Translations under genes and position numbers: made by a program
Shown here: positions 47,240 through 55,154 of the stretch, piece after piece
Layout of the letters: each line of letters opens with the position of its first letter
Position numbering within the stretch: the first letter of the stretch is position 1
Notes under the pieces: generated by a model
What the model saw: only the letters and a program-made list of their open reading frames with translations
What the model was told of the DNA's origin: nothing
Database searches by the model: none
Assembly: GCA_020851735.1 (NCBI GenBank)
Contig: JADZCD010000022.1
Span: 6,438-70,437 of the forward strand
Direction: 5' to 3'
Source of the DNA: Phycisphaeraceae bacterium
GTDB lineage: Bacteria > Planctomycetota > Phycisphaerae > Phycisphaerales > Phycisphaeraceae
Length of the DNA stretch: 64,000 nucleotides

Positions 47240-47326
47240 AGACTGCATAGCTTGCGAAGTTCACCGTCTTGATCAGTCCATTCAAACGACTGCTGGCTGT
47301 CGTTTTTTCTTTACCCTCCGCTGCGA

Positions 47327-47343
47327 TGTTCCACGTGGAAACA
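47327..47343. promoter_or_regulatory. parS-like site 2, TGTTCCACGTGGAAACA
   Basis: Equals the canonical TGTTCCACGTGAAACA with one extra G. It lies 96 nt upstream of parB. Confidence 0.6.
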
Positions 47344-47438
47344 ATTTGTCCGTCGAACTGGTTGCGTGGAGCGCCTTGCTTTGTAGACTTGGCTGCGATG
47401 ACCACGGCCGGAAATCCTCATTGACAAGGAGGTCGAGC

Positions 47439-48605
47439 ATGTCGTCCAACCTCAAAAAGAAAATGCCGCGTCTGGGTAGGGGCCTAAGCAGCCTGATGGC
47501 TCACCCTGTAAGGGTCGCCGTTGAGCCTGAAAATCCAGCGGAAACCGCCGCCCAGAGCCAGGAACAAGCCGCGCCAAGCTCATCGCAAGGCCAAGCCGTG
47601 GCGACCCTGGACAGACATGCAAACCCAGAAAGCTCGCCTGCTCAGCAGGCTGACAGCCAAAGCAGTGGGGCGGTGATCCTGCACCTCACGCTCGAAGCGA
47701 TCACTCCCAACCCCATGCAGCCGCGCGCGCACTTTGATGAAGACAGCCTGCGCCGCCTGGCGGATTCGATTCGTTCCGAAGGCGTCATGCAGCCGATCAT
47801 CGTCCGCCCATCGGCACCCCGTAATGGCGAGATTCAACTTCCAGCAGTGGGGGGGATTTCTGGTTTTCCGGTGGTTCCGGGGATTCCGGGGGTGGGTGGG
47901 CTGCCATCCACCTCGTATGAATTGGTCGCCGGCGAGCGCCGCTGGCGGGCCGCCAAACTCGCGGGCCTTGCCAAAGTGCCCGCCATCGTCCGCGACTTAG
48001 ATGACCGCCAGCTCGCCGAGTGGGCCCTGGTAGAGAATCTCCAGCGTGAGGACCTAAACCCGCTCGAACGCGCCACCGCCCTGAAAAACCTCGCCGAGCG
48101 GTTCTCCTTAAGCCACGAAGAAATCGCCCAAAGGGTCGGCATCGAACGCCCAACAATCAGTAACTTATTGCGATTACTGGACTTACATTTAGACGTGCAG
48201 GCCTTGATTCGCAGCGGCGTTCTCTCCGCCGGCCAGGGGAAAGCGTTGGCTGGCGTCGAGTCCAGCCCCATGCAGATTCTCTTAGCCCAGCGAGCGGTGC
48301 GTGAAGCCTGGTCGGTCCGCCGCCTGGAAGCCGAGGTCCGCAAAGTCGCCGCCGGCAGCGCCAGCCCGGTTGGCGATCCCGACAATACAGGTGGACCAGC
48401 CGCCAGCCTGTCCCGCGGCAGCAGTGGGGGGGCCAAACGCTCCGCCTACTTAGCCGACGTCGAAGCCCAGATCAGCCAACAGCTGCAGACCAAAGTCCAC
48501 ATCAAGCCCGGACGCAAGAAAGGCTCCGGCGCCTTGATCCTCGAGTTCTATTCCTTAGATCAGTTCGACACCCTCATGAAACGCCTGGGCGTGGAAGTCG
48601 GCTAA
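47439..48605 (+). CDS. parB: chromosome partitioning protein ParB (CTP-dependent clamp family)
   Basis: RLGRGLSSLM, IxPNPMQPR, GVMQPIIVRP, ELVAGERRWRAAKLAG, HTH region, and a C-terminal LILEFYSLDQFDTLMKRL. AAGGAGG lies 7 nt upstream of the ATG at 47439. The longer 47223 ORF would read through both parS sites. Confidence 0.93.
   Translation: MSSNLKKKMPRLGRGLSSLMAHPVRVAVEPENPAETAAQSQEQAAPSSSQGQAVATLDRHANPESSPAQQADSQSSGAVILHLTLEAITPNPMQPRAHFDEDSLRRLADSIRSEGVMQPIIVRPSAPRNGEIQLPAVGGISGFPVVPGIPGVGGLPSTSYELVAGERRWRAAKLAGLAKVPAIVRDLDDRQLAEWALVENLQREDLNPLERATALKNLAERFSLSHEEIAQRVGIERPTISNLLRLLDLHLDVQALIRSGVLSAGQGKALAGVESSPMQILLAQRAVREAWSVRRLEAEVRKVAAGSASPVGDPDNTGGPAASLSRGSSGGAKRSAYLADVEAQISQQLQTKVHIKPGRKKGSGALILEFYSLDQFDTLMKRLGVEVG
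47838..47900. repeat. degenerate TTCCGG(G) units inside the parB N-terminal domain
   Basis: ACTTCCAGCAGTGGGGGGGATTTCTGGTTTTCCGGTGGTTCCGGGGATTCCGGGGGTGGGTGGG, translated as LPAVGGISGFPVVPGIPGVGG. Confidence 0.75.
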
Positions 48606-48813
48606 TACGCTTGGCAATCAACCCGCAGGCGTAACCCCAAAGCCCGGCCGCTCCGCCGGCCGGGTGAGCAAGTGCTCCTTCGCCTGCGGAATAATCGCAA
48701 TCCGTATAACTCTTCCGACCCCGCCGCGCGCAATCCGCCCGCCCGCCCGCCGACCCAATAGACATGACTTGTCTACGTTCGTAGTGATTCTTTGCCCTGT
48801 GAACCGCCCCTGC

Positions 48814-49569
48814 CTAAAACCGCCGGCTGCAGACAATCGCCAGCCCCACCACCAGCAGGAGCGGCAGCGCCGAAGGCTCCGGCACCACCGCGTGCAGCAG
48901 GTTCTCAAACATGTCCCTGCCCGCGTCGGTCATCAGGTCCGGCGATCCGCTGAAACCCCACAAGGCCGCGCTCCCCTGCCTGACAATGTCATAGTGATCC
49001 GCGTCCCCCACCTCGCGGGCCAGCCCGTTCACCCCCGCCACCGCGTTGGGCAGATCAATCCCCACCGTATTAAGCGGATCGTTGTACACCCCCAGCGGCC
49101 CGCCGACGGGAATCAGAATCTCATGGGGCGTGTGGTACAGCGAATCAGCCAGAATCGCCACGATGATCGCGTTGGCCGGCCCGTGCCAACCGTTGGGCCA
49201 GCCGATCGCCAGCGCCAACTTGCCGAAGTAGGAATATCCCCCTTCGCCGATGCCGATCACCGGTCGGCCCGACGCGCTGATCGCCGTGGCCACCGCGTCC
49301 GACCCGAAGTCATTTAGATTCCCCGCGTCATCCGCCACCAGAATCACGTCGAAGCTGGCTAAATCCGTCGCCGCCGCCGTCGACAGATCCAGCAGCGTCG
49401 TCGGATACCCGCGCCCATCGAGAAAAGTCTTAAACGACGCCGCGTCCGCGGCATTCGCCTGATACACGTACGCCACGCTCCCCCACGCCTGCGCCCCCCA
49501 CCCCAGCAAGCTCACCCCCACGATCCACGCCGCGCACCGATACTCTCTAAACGTACCCCACCTTGCCAT
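48814..49569 (-). CDS. PEP-CTERM sorting-domain secreted protein
   Basis: The C-terminus VVPEPSALPLLLVVGLAIVCSRRF is PEP + TM + basic tail. N-terminal signal peptide. Start at 49569 with GGGAGG upstream. Confidence 0.7.
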   Translation of the reverse strand: MARWGTFREYRCAAWIVGVSLLGWGAQAWGSVAYVYQANAADAASFKTFLDGRGYPTTLLDLSTAAATDLASFDVILVADDAGNLNDFGSDAVATAISASGRPVIGIGEGGYSYFGKLALAIGWPNGWHGPANAIIVAILADSLYHTPHEILIPVGGPLGVYNDPLNTVGIDLPNAVAGVNGLAREVGDADHYDIVRQGSAALWGFSGSPDLMTDAGRDMFENLLHAVVPEPSALPLLLVVGLAIVCSRRF

Positions 49570-50077
49570 GTCCCACCTCCCTGTACCCTTAAAAAAAAAC
49601 TCCCACCTCACGCCGAGGCTCGTGACGATCAGGGCTTCTTAGCAGCGATCCGCGCCGCTTGGGCACAGCCTGTCCGATGAATTAGTGAAAGCATCATCGC
49701 CGCGAAATGGCCCCTACCCTCATAACCTCATCATGACCATAGCGCCGCCAAAGCGCCGGTCAAGCGACCGACCGCAGCCCCGCGCCCCTTTCCCCCGCCG
49801 AACCCTGTGGCCAACCCCTTTCCCCTCCCACAGAGCACGATCACGACTAAGTGGTGTTTTTCCCGCAGAGATCGCCAGCCGTGGCACTTGCGCTCGCGCA
49901 GGCAAAAGAAATCCCCGCCTCCCGCCAGCCGGCGATCTTTCCCTCGCCACCCGCAACAACGGCCCTAAGATGCGTCGATAATTAGTGCAGTTGGCCGACT
50001 GGCCGTCCCTCCCTGATTCCCCAGATTGCCAACTGCTCCCTCCAACGCCCTTCGCCGCACACGGTCGAAACAAACCC

Positions 50078-51448
50078 CTACCCCCGCGGGCTGAACGCCA
50101 GGTCCGTCCTCAGCCACTTCCGATACGCCACCCCCGCGATGCCCACGCCCAACAACGCCTGGACGCCAGATAGATAAGCCAACGCGGAAACGCTTATGAA
50201 TTCCTTTAATACGATTGGGGACATGAAAACGATAACGAAGGCCAAACCCAGCCAGACATCACGCCACCTAAGACGCAACATAGCCATCGGCCAGCATGAG
50301 ATTCCCCAAAGGCTGATCTGACAAAAACCCGAGAGAAGAAGCGCAAACCAGAAATTCCCCGTCTGCAGCAGCGCCGGCTGCCAAAGTGCTGTGGCGGCAA
50401 TCATCGCTGCAGCCAAACTGAGCCAAACGGACATCACATCGCACAACATGGCCAAACCGATCTGTCGGAAGTATGCCCGCCGATAAATCGGCCGCAATGA
50501 TTCCGTGGCCAAAACCCGATAGCGCTGCACGTAACAGGACAGGGATACCATCCATGCCCAATAGGTGAATAGAAACGGGTTAAAACCGTGACTGTCGCTT
50601 GGCCCGCCGCGTCGGCCGTCAAGGCCCATCAACATCGTCATCAGAACGAAACAGACCAGCCCCATGGCTCTTGGCGAAAGCAATCCCAACTTGGTGAAGC
50701 GCCAGCGGTTGATCCGCTGCCAGGCATTTTTCGCCGGCCTGAAAACCGCTTCGCCGGGCCGACCCATGAACCAACGCTGCCACGATGACTCCGCGAGGTA
50801 TTGTTTTTGGGTAAAGCCCGTGGCGCCCCCGGTCTTCCAGCGCATCAATCCGCGAAAGCCTCTGCTATCCTCCCGCCAGCCCGCCAAGTGCTTGGCCAAA
50901 GCCCAACCTGCCAGAATGCTGGTTAACCACAGCGGTATCGCCCAGGCATACGGCAGACCATCCGGCCATGCCTTGAACCATTGATGGTGAGAGTGAATCA
51001 TGGGTATGGAGAACCCTATCGATCCTGCCAAGACGAAAATCCATACCCCACTGGGCATCACGACCGCTAGCCATAACATCGCGATGGTCGTAGCGAAGAA
51101 CAAAGACGTCACCGTCAGTACCGACGCCTGGCAAGCCAGGGCGAAGGTCGCGGGAAAGGCGATGTAGCACAACACCACGATCAACCCCGCAATCAGCACA
51201 TGCGGCCCGGCAAAGCCCGGAAGCAGCCGTGAACGGGGATTGGCAAATTGGGAGTTCAGTTGTGCGAGTAATCCCAAGAGCAGCTGCATAATCACAAACG
51301 GGAGAAAAGCGAATTGAAGCAACATCTTGTTGTCGTGGCTCAGAAGGACAACTAGCCCGATATAGGCCAAAACCGTTGGAATTAACATCCACCACATCAG
51401 CGGCCGCGTGACGTACGTCAGCAAAACCTGCTTGCAGCGCTCAAGCAT
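50078..51448 (-). CDS. polytopic membrane protein (putative permease partner of the upstream ABC ATPase)
   Basis: About 10 hydrophobic segments. Its start overlaps the ABC ATPase stop by 8 nt. Confidence 0.6.
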   Translation of the reverse strand: MLERCKQVLLTYVTRPLMWWMLIPTVLAYIGLVVLLSHDNKMLLQFAFLPFVIMQLLLGLLAQLNSQFANPRSRLLPGFAGPHVLIAGLIVVLCYIAFPATFALACQASVLTVTSLFFATTIAMLWLAVVMPSGVWIFVLAGSIGFSIPMIHSHHQWFKAWPDGLPYAWAIPLWLTSILAGWALAKHLAGWREDSRGFRGLMRWKTGGATGFTQKQYLAESSWQRWFMGRPGEAVFRPAKNAWQRINRWRFTKLGLLSPRAMGLVCFVLMTMLMGLDGRRGGPSDSHGFNPFLFTYWAWMVSLSCYVQRYRVLATESLRPIYRRAYFRQIGLAMLCDVMSVWLSLAAAMIAATALWQPALLQTGNFWFALLLSGFCQISLWGISCWPMAMLRLRWRDVWLGLAFVIVFMSPIVLKEFISVSALAYLSGVQALLGVGIAGVAYRKWLRTDLAFSPRG

Positions 51449-52520
51449 GATGCAGCTCCAAAAAAATGTCCTCCAGATTCAAATCCTCCACCTCCACCCG
51501 CACCGGCCAACGCGCCTCGATCGCCGCCACCAACTCCGGCCCCGCCCCGCGCACCGTCCAAATCTCCCGCCCCTCGCCCCTCTCCCTCCTGATCACCCCC
51601 GGAATCGCCCCCGGAAGTGTCCCCGGAAGTGCTCGTGAACGTTCCGCCGGTTTAGCCCCCGGCTCTGCCGGGGGGTACGTTCTCCCACCTTCCACCCCCG
51701 GAAGCGCCCCCGCCCCCGGAAGCAAATCATTTGGGTGCCACACAGCAGCGCGCAGCGTGCTGTGTGCTGTCCTGCCCTCCACCCCCGTTATCTCCGGCAG
51801 CGCACCGCCGGGGTCTTTGGGATAAACGCACAACCGCTTGACCTGGTCCTTCAGCTCATCCAACTCCCCGCAGTAATCGATCTTCCCGCCCTTAAGAATC
51901 GCCACGCGGTCCGCCACGCGCTCTAAGTCCGAGGTAATGTGCGTGGAGAACAGCACCGTCCGCTCCCCGCCTCCTTGGCCGATGATCTCCAGCAGCATGC
52001 GCAAAAAATCCCGCCGCCCCACCGGGTCCAGACTCGCCGCCGGCTCATCAAGCACCAGCAGCCGCGGCTCATGCCCCATCGCCAGCAAAATGCCCAGACG
52101 CTGCAATTCCCCCGGCGACAGCTTCCCCACCTTCGTTTCCGTGTTGATCTCCAGCCGCTCCCCCAGCCGCTGCGCCAGCGCCTGATTCCACTTTGGATAA
52201 AAGCTGGCCGTATACGCCATCACCTGCCGGGCCGTCATCCACGGATACAGCGCGATCTCCTGCGGCACGTAGCCAAGCTGCCCCTTGCTGGCCGGGCTTA
52301 AATCCCACGAATCCTCCCCGAACACCGTCGCCCGCCCGCCTTGCAGACGCAGCAATCCCAGCGCGCACTTGAGCAGCGTCGTTTTCCCCGTGCCGTTCTT
52401 GCCCAACAGCCCCATCACCGTCCCGGCCGGCACCGAGAGGTTCAACTCGTCCAGCACCGGCGGATTGGCCCGTTTAAACCCTTTGGTCACGCCCGCAAGC
52501 TCCATGATCTTCTCACTCAC
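51441..52520 (-). CDS. ABC transporter ATP-binding protein with a long C-terminal repeat insert
   Basis: Walker A GKNGTGKTT, signature LSPGELQRL, Walker B LLVLDEP and an H-loop STH. About 90 residues near the C-terminus are encoded by repeat modules. Confidence 0.9.
   Translation of the reverse strand: MSEKIMELAGVTKGFKRANPPVLDELNLSVPAGTVMGLLGKNGTGKTTLLKCALGLLRLQGGRATVFGEDSWDLSPASKGQLGYVPQEIALYPWMTARQVMAYTASFYPKWNQALAQRLGERLEINTETKVGKLSPGELQRLGILLAMGHEPRLLVLDEPAASLDPVGRRDFLRMLLEIIGQGGGERTVLFSTHITSDLERVADRVAILKGGKIDYCGELDELKDQVKRLCVYPKDPGGALPEITGVEGRTAHSTLRAAVWHPNDLLPGAGALPGVEGGRTYPPAEPGAKPAERSRALPGTLPGAIPGVIRRERGEGREIWTVRGAGPELVAAIEARWPVRVEVEDLNLEDIFLELHHA
51596..51770. repeat. mosaic (CCCCGGAAG units, hairpin B, hairpin C) inside the ABC ATPase CDS
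   Basis: CCCCCGGAATCGCCCCCGGAAGTGTCCCCGGAAGTGC..TTTAGCCCCCGGCTCTGCCGGGGGGTAC..CCACCCCCGGAAGCGCCCCCGCCCCCGGAAGC..GGTGCCACACAGCAGCGCGCAGCGTGCTGTGTGCTG. Confidence 0.9.
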
Positions 52521-52902
52521 GGTCTGTCTCCTTCATCAGTGCTTCGAGCATCTGCGCCACCTCCGGCCCGGAAAGCGAAAGCTGATACGCCGCTGCCGCC
52601 ACCTGCGCTAAGAGCGGCCGCAGCGCCTCGCGCCTCTGCCGCAGCGTTCCCACCGCCCGTCGCGCCGCCACACGCATGCCCTGCCCGCGCACCATCTGCA
52701 CCACCCCGTCGCGCTCCAGCAGCGAATAAGCCTTGGAAATAGTCATGGGATTGACCGCCAGTTCCGCGGCCACCTCGCGCACCGAAGGCAGAAAATCCCC
52801 CTCCCGCAAGTGCCCGCCCGCCACCGCCGCCCGCACCTGCTCCATCACCTGCCGATAGATCGGCACACCCGACGTGGGCAAAATGTGAAAGCGTAGCGCC
52901 AT
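52513..52902 (-). CDS. GntR-family (YtrA-like, short) transcriptional regulator
   Basis: PIYRQVMEQVRAAVAGGHLREGDFLPSVREVAAELAVNPMTISKAYSLLERDGVV. 129 aa. Overlaps the ABC ATPase start by 8 nt. Confidence 0.9.
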   Translation of the reverse strand: MALRFHILPTSGVPIYRQVMEQVRAAVAGGHLREGDFLPSVREVAAELAVNPMTISKAYSLLERDGVVQMVRGQGMRVAARRAVGTLRQRREALRPLLAQVAAAAYQLSLSGPEVAQMLEALMKETDRE

Positions 52903-52924
52903 GTGTATTAGAGTACTAATACAC
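52903..52924. promoter_or_regulatory. candidate GntR operator, palindrome GTGTATTA-N6-TAATACAC
   Basis: 8-bp perfect arms directly abut the GntR ATG. It fits the generic GT-Nx-AC GntR operator form. It is AT-rich in a GC-rich context. Confidence 0.45.
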
Positions 52925-53006
52925 TAGAGAGATGTCAACCCCCCTCTGCCCTCTACCCCAACCCCCAACCCCTAATTCCTAACTCCTAACTCCTAATCCC
53001 CCCTTC

Positions 53007-53813
53007 CTATTCAATCACCATCTTCCCCGGATCAAACCCCAGCCGCGGGTACCGCATCTTCATTCCCTCCAGCGTCTGCACCAGCACCTGGGCGACCAAC
53101 AGATCGCGAAACCACCGCTTCTCGGCCGGCACCACGTACCACGGGGCGACGTCCGTCGCGCACTGCCTTAGCACCAGCTCCATGGCCTTCTGATACTGCG
53201 GCCAGCGCTGCCGTTCCGCCAGATCCTGCGGATTGAACTTCCATTGTTTCTCCACCCGGTCCAGCCGCCGCTGCAGGCGCGCTTTCTGATAGTCCTTGGA
53301 GATGTGCAGGAAGAACTTAACCATCACCGTGCCTTCATCGTGAAGCAGCTTTTCAAACGCGTTGATGTGCGCGTAACGTTTACGAATCTGCGTCAGCGGG
53401 GCCAGTTTCTTCACCCGCGCGATCAGCACGTCCTCGTAGTGGGAGCGATTGAAAACCGTGATCATGCCCCGCGCCGGCGTGCGCGCGTGCACCCGCCAGA
53501 GAAAATCATGCCCCAGCTCCTCACCCGTGGGAGCCTTAAAACTCACCACCCCGCAGCCCTGCGGATTCACCGGGCCAAAGACATTGCGAATCGTGCTATC
53601 CTTGCCGGCCGCATCCATGCCCTGCAAAACCACCAGCAGGGCGTGTTTACCTTCCGCGTACATCAGCTCCTGCAGCTGATCGATCCGTTTGAGCAGCAAA
53701 AGCAGCTTTTTTCGCGCCGAAACCTTGTTCAGCCCTCCGCCCTGGCAGGTCGGCATCTTGTTTAAGTTCACTACCGATCCGGGCTTTACACAATATGAGG
53801 ACACGTCAATCAT
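53007..53813 (-). CDS. PPK2-family polyphosphate:nucleotide phosphotransferase
   Basis: LLVVLQGMDAAGKDSTI (Walker A-like), FLWRVH and VFNRSHYEDVL motifs. Confidence 0.9.
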   Translation of the reverse strand: MIDVSSYCVKPGSVVNLNKMPTCQGGGLNKVSARKKLLLLLKRIDQLQELMYAEGKHALLVVLQGMDAAGKDSTIRNVFGPVNPQGCGVVSFKAPTGEELGHDFLWRVHARTPARGMITVFNRSHYEDVLIARVKKLAPLTQIRKRYAHINAFEKLLHDEGTVMVKFFLHISKDYQKARLQRRLDRVEKQWKFNPQDLAERQRWPQYQKAMELVLRQCATDVAPWYVVPAEKRWFRDLLVAQVLVQTLEGMKMRYPRLGFDPGKMVIE

Positions 53814-53832
53814 GTTTGTCTTCCTTCAGCTG

Positions 53833-53943
53833 TAGCCCCGCATGGAAATGCGGGGCCGGCTTGGTAATTCTCCGGGGGCCACTTCCGGGGTAGCTTCCGG
53901 GGGGCACTTCCGGGGGACCTTCCGGGGGACCTTCCGGGGGGGG
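53833..53943 (+). repeat. element A copy 1 (hairpin + CGGCTTGG + CTTCCGGGG array)
   Basis: TAGCCCCGCATGGAAATGCGGGGCCGGCTTGGTAATTCTCCGGGGGCCACTTCCGGGGTAGCTTCCGGGGGGCACTTCCGGGGGACCTTCCGGGGGACCTTCCGGGGGGGG. Confidence 0.92.
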
Positions 53944-54054
53944 CCAACTTCAAACATCCAACTCTTAAATCTCCCAACCCCCATCCATCTCTTTTCACAC
54001 TCTTCTTAAGAAAACTCGGGTACAATAAAGCGCGCCCGCCGTAGTGAAATCCTT

Positions 54055-54768
54055 GTGCGAATTCAGTTGGGGATGATTCCAATGGCCTTGCCTCAAATGC
54101 CTGTTTACTGTCGCCCACAAGCCTTCGGGTTATTCGCCCAAAGCGTGGCTGCCTTGGCGACCGACCGCAAGGCATTATTGCGCGCTTCGGTGGCCATTGC
54201 CCAGCATGAACTGCCCGAAGCCGATCCCCAGCGCGTCGAAGAAGTGCTCGACGAGTGGGCCGCCATCATCCGTGCCCGCACCGCCAGCGGGCAGGAGCGG
54301 GCCCTGCTCGCCCATCTGCACGAATTCCTTTTTGAGGAACTCGGCCTGGCCGGCAACGTCGACGACTATTACAACCCTTTAAACAGCTACATCCCCGCCG
54401 TATTGGAGCTGCGCAAGGGCATCCCCATCAGCCTGGCCATGATCTATTGCGAGGTCGGCCGGCGCGTGGGACTCTTAACCGAGGGCATCAACTCCCCCGG
54501 CCATTTCCTCGCCCAGATCGAGGCGGCCGGCGACCGCATGCTCGTCGACGTCTTCGCCCGCGGGCGAATCCTCACCCCGCAGCAAGCCGTCAAGCGCATC
54601 GACCAGGCCGTGGGCATCGTCATCCCCAGCTCGGAAAACATGTTCGTCCCCGCTGACGGCAAGCAGTGGCTCGCCCGCATGCTGCAGAACCTCATGCACA
54701 TCTTCACCGAGCGCGGACAGGACAGCGATCAAGCCGCCATGGGCGAAATGCTCGCCCTGGTCGCCTAA
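54055..54768 (+). CDS. transglutaminase-like / SirB1-family protein
   Basis: YYNPLNSYIPAVLELRKGIPISLAMIYCEVGRRVGLLTEGINSPGHFL resembles the SirB1/YchA family core. The start is uncertain. Confidence 0.65.
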   Translation: MRIQLGMIPMALPQMPVYCRPQAFGLFAQSVAALATDRKALLRASVAIAQHELPEADPQRVEEVLDEWAAIIRARTASGQERALLAHLHEFLFEELGLAGNVDDYYNPLNSYIPAVLELRKGIPISLAMIYCEVGRRVGLLTEGINSPGHFLAQIEAAGDRMLVDVFARGRILTPQQAVKRIDQAVGIVIPSSENMFVPADGKQWLARMLQNLMHIFTERGQDSDQAAMGEMLALVA

Positions 54769-54854
54769 GAATCCGCCGCCACCCACCTATAGCGGTCCTT
54801 CACGCAGCGAACACAACCCCCAGAGCGCGGCAGTGGGTTCTATTGCCCGCGGGC

Positions 54855-54906
54855 AACTTCCCGGGGCAGTGCCGATTTTCAGGGGACTTCCGGGGGGGGG
54901 GGGGGT
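54855..54906. repeat. CTTCCGGGG-type units and a G-run
   Basis: CAACTTCCCGGGGCAGTGCCGATTTTCAGGGGACTTCCGGGGGGGGGGGGGG. Confidence 0.8.
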
Positions 54907-55154
54907 CAAAACGTTGCATCAATTCTGAATAAGGACCCTGAAAAACCGCGGGATTAATCGCGAAAAAAGTGGTTACTGTCATTTGGCGGGGATAAACTAT
55001 AACTGTCGTTTTGAGGGTGGCAGGCAGTGGTCGCCGCGGCTGATTCCTGAAAAAAAGTTTTGTCAGCGCTTCAATCCCCATCGCCGTCGTTTCAGCCGCG
55101 TGATCGAAATGATCATCTGGATCTTTGGCAGGGAACAAAGAGAGGACGACAGCA

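Noticed and set aside
47223-47438. N-terminal extension of parB from 47223
   Set aside because: It would translate through both parS palindromes and a terminator-like hairpin. A strong AAGGAGG precedes the ATG at 47439, and the conserved ParB N-terminus (RLGRGLSSL) follows immediately.
49612-50077. 466-bp non-coding gap upstream of the PEP-CTERM gene as a candidate ncRNA
   Set aside because: I saw no convincing stem-loops, conserved motifs or terminator, only a duplicated AATTAGTG word (about 49680 and 49980). That is insufficient evidence.
53810-54175. 121-aa minus-strand ORF containing AGPAFPCGATA (similar ORF at 63092-63307)
   Set aside because: The reading frame exists only because element A is stop-free. 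The shared peptide is simply the translated hairpin. The 53810-54175 ORF also overlaps the SirB1-like gene start.
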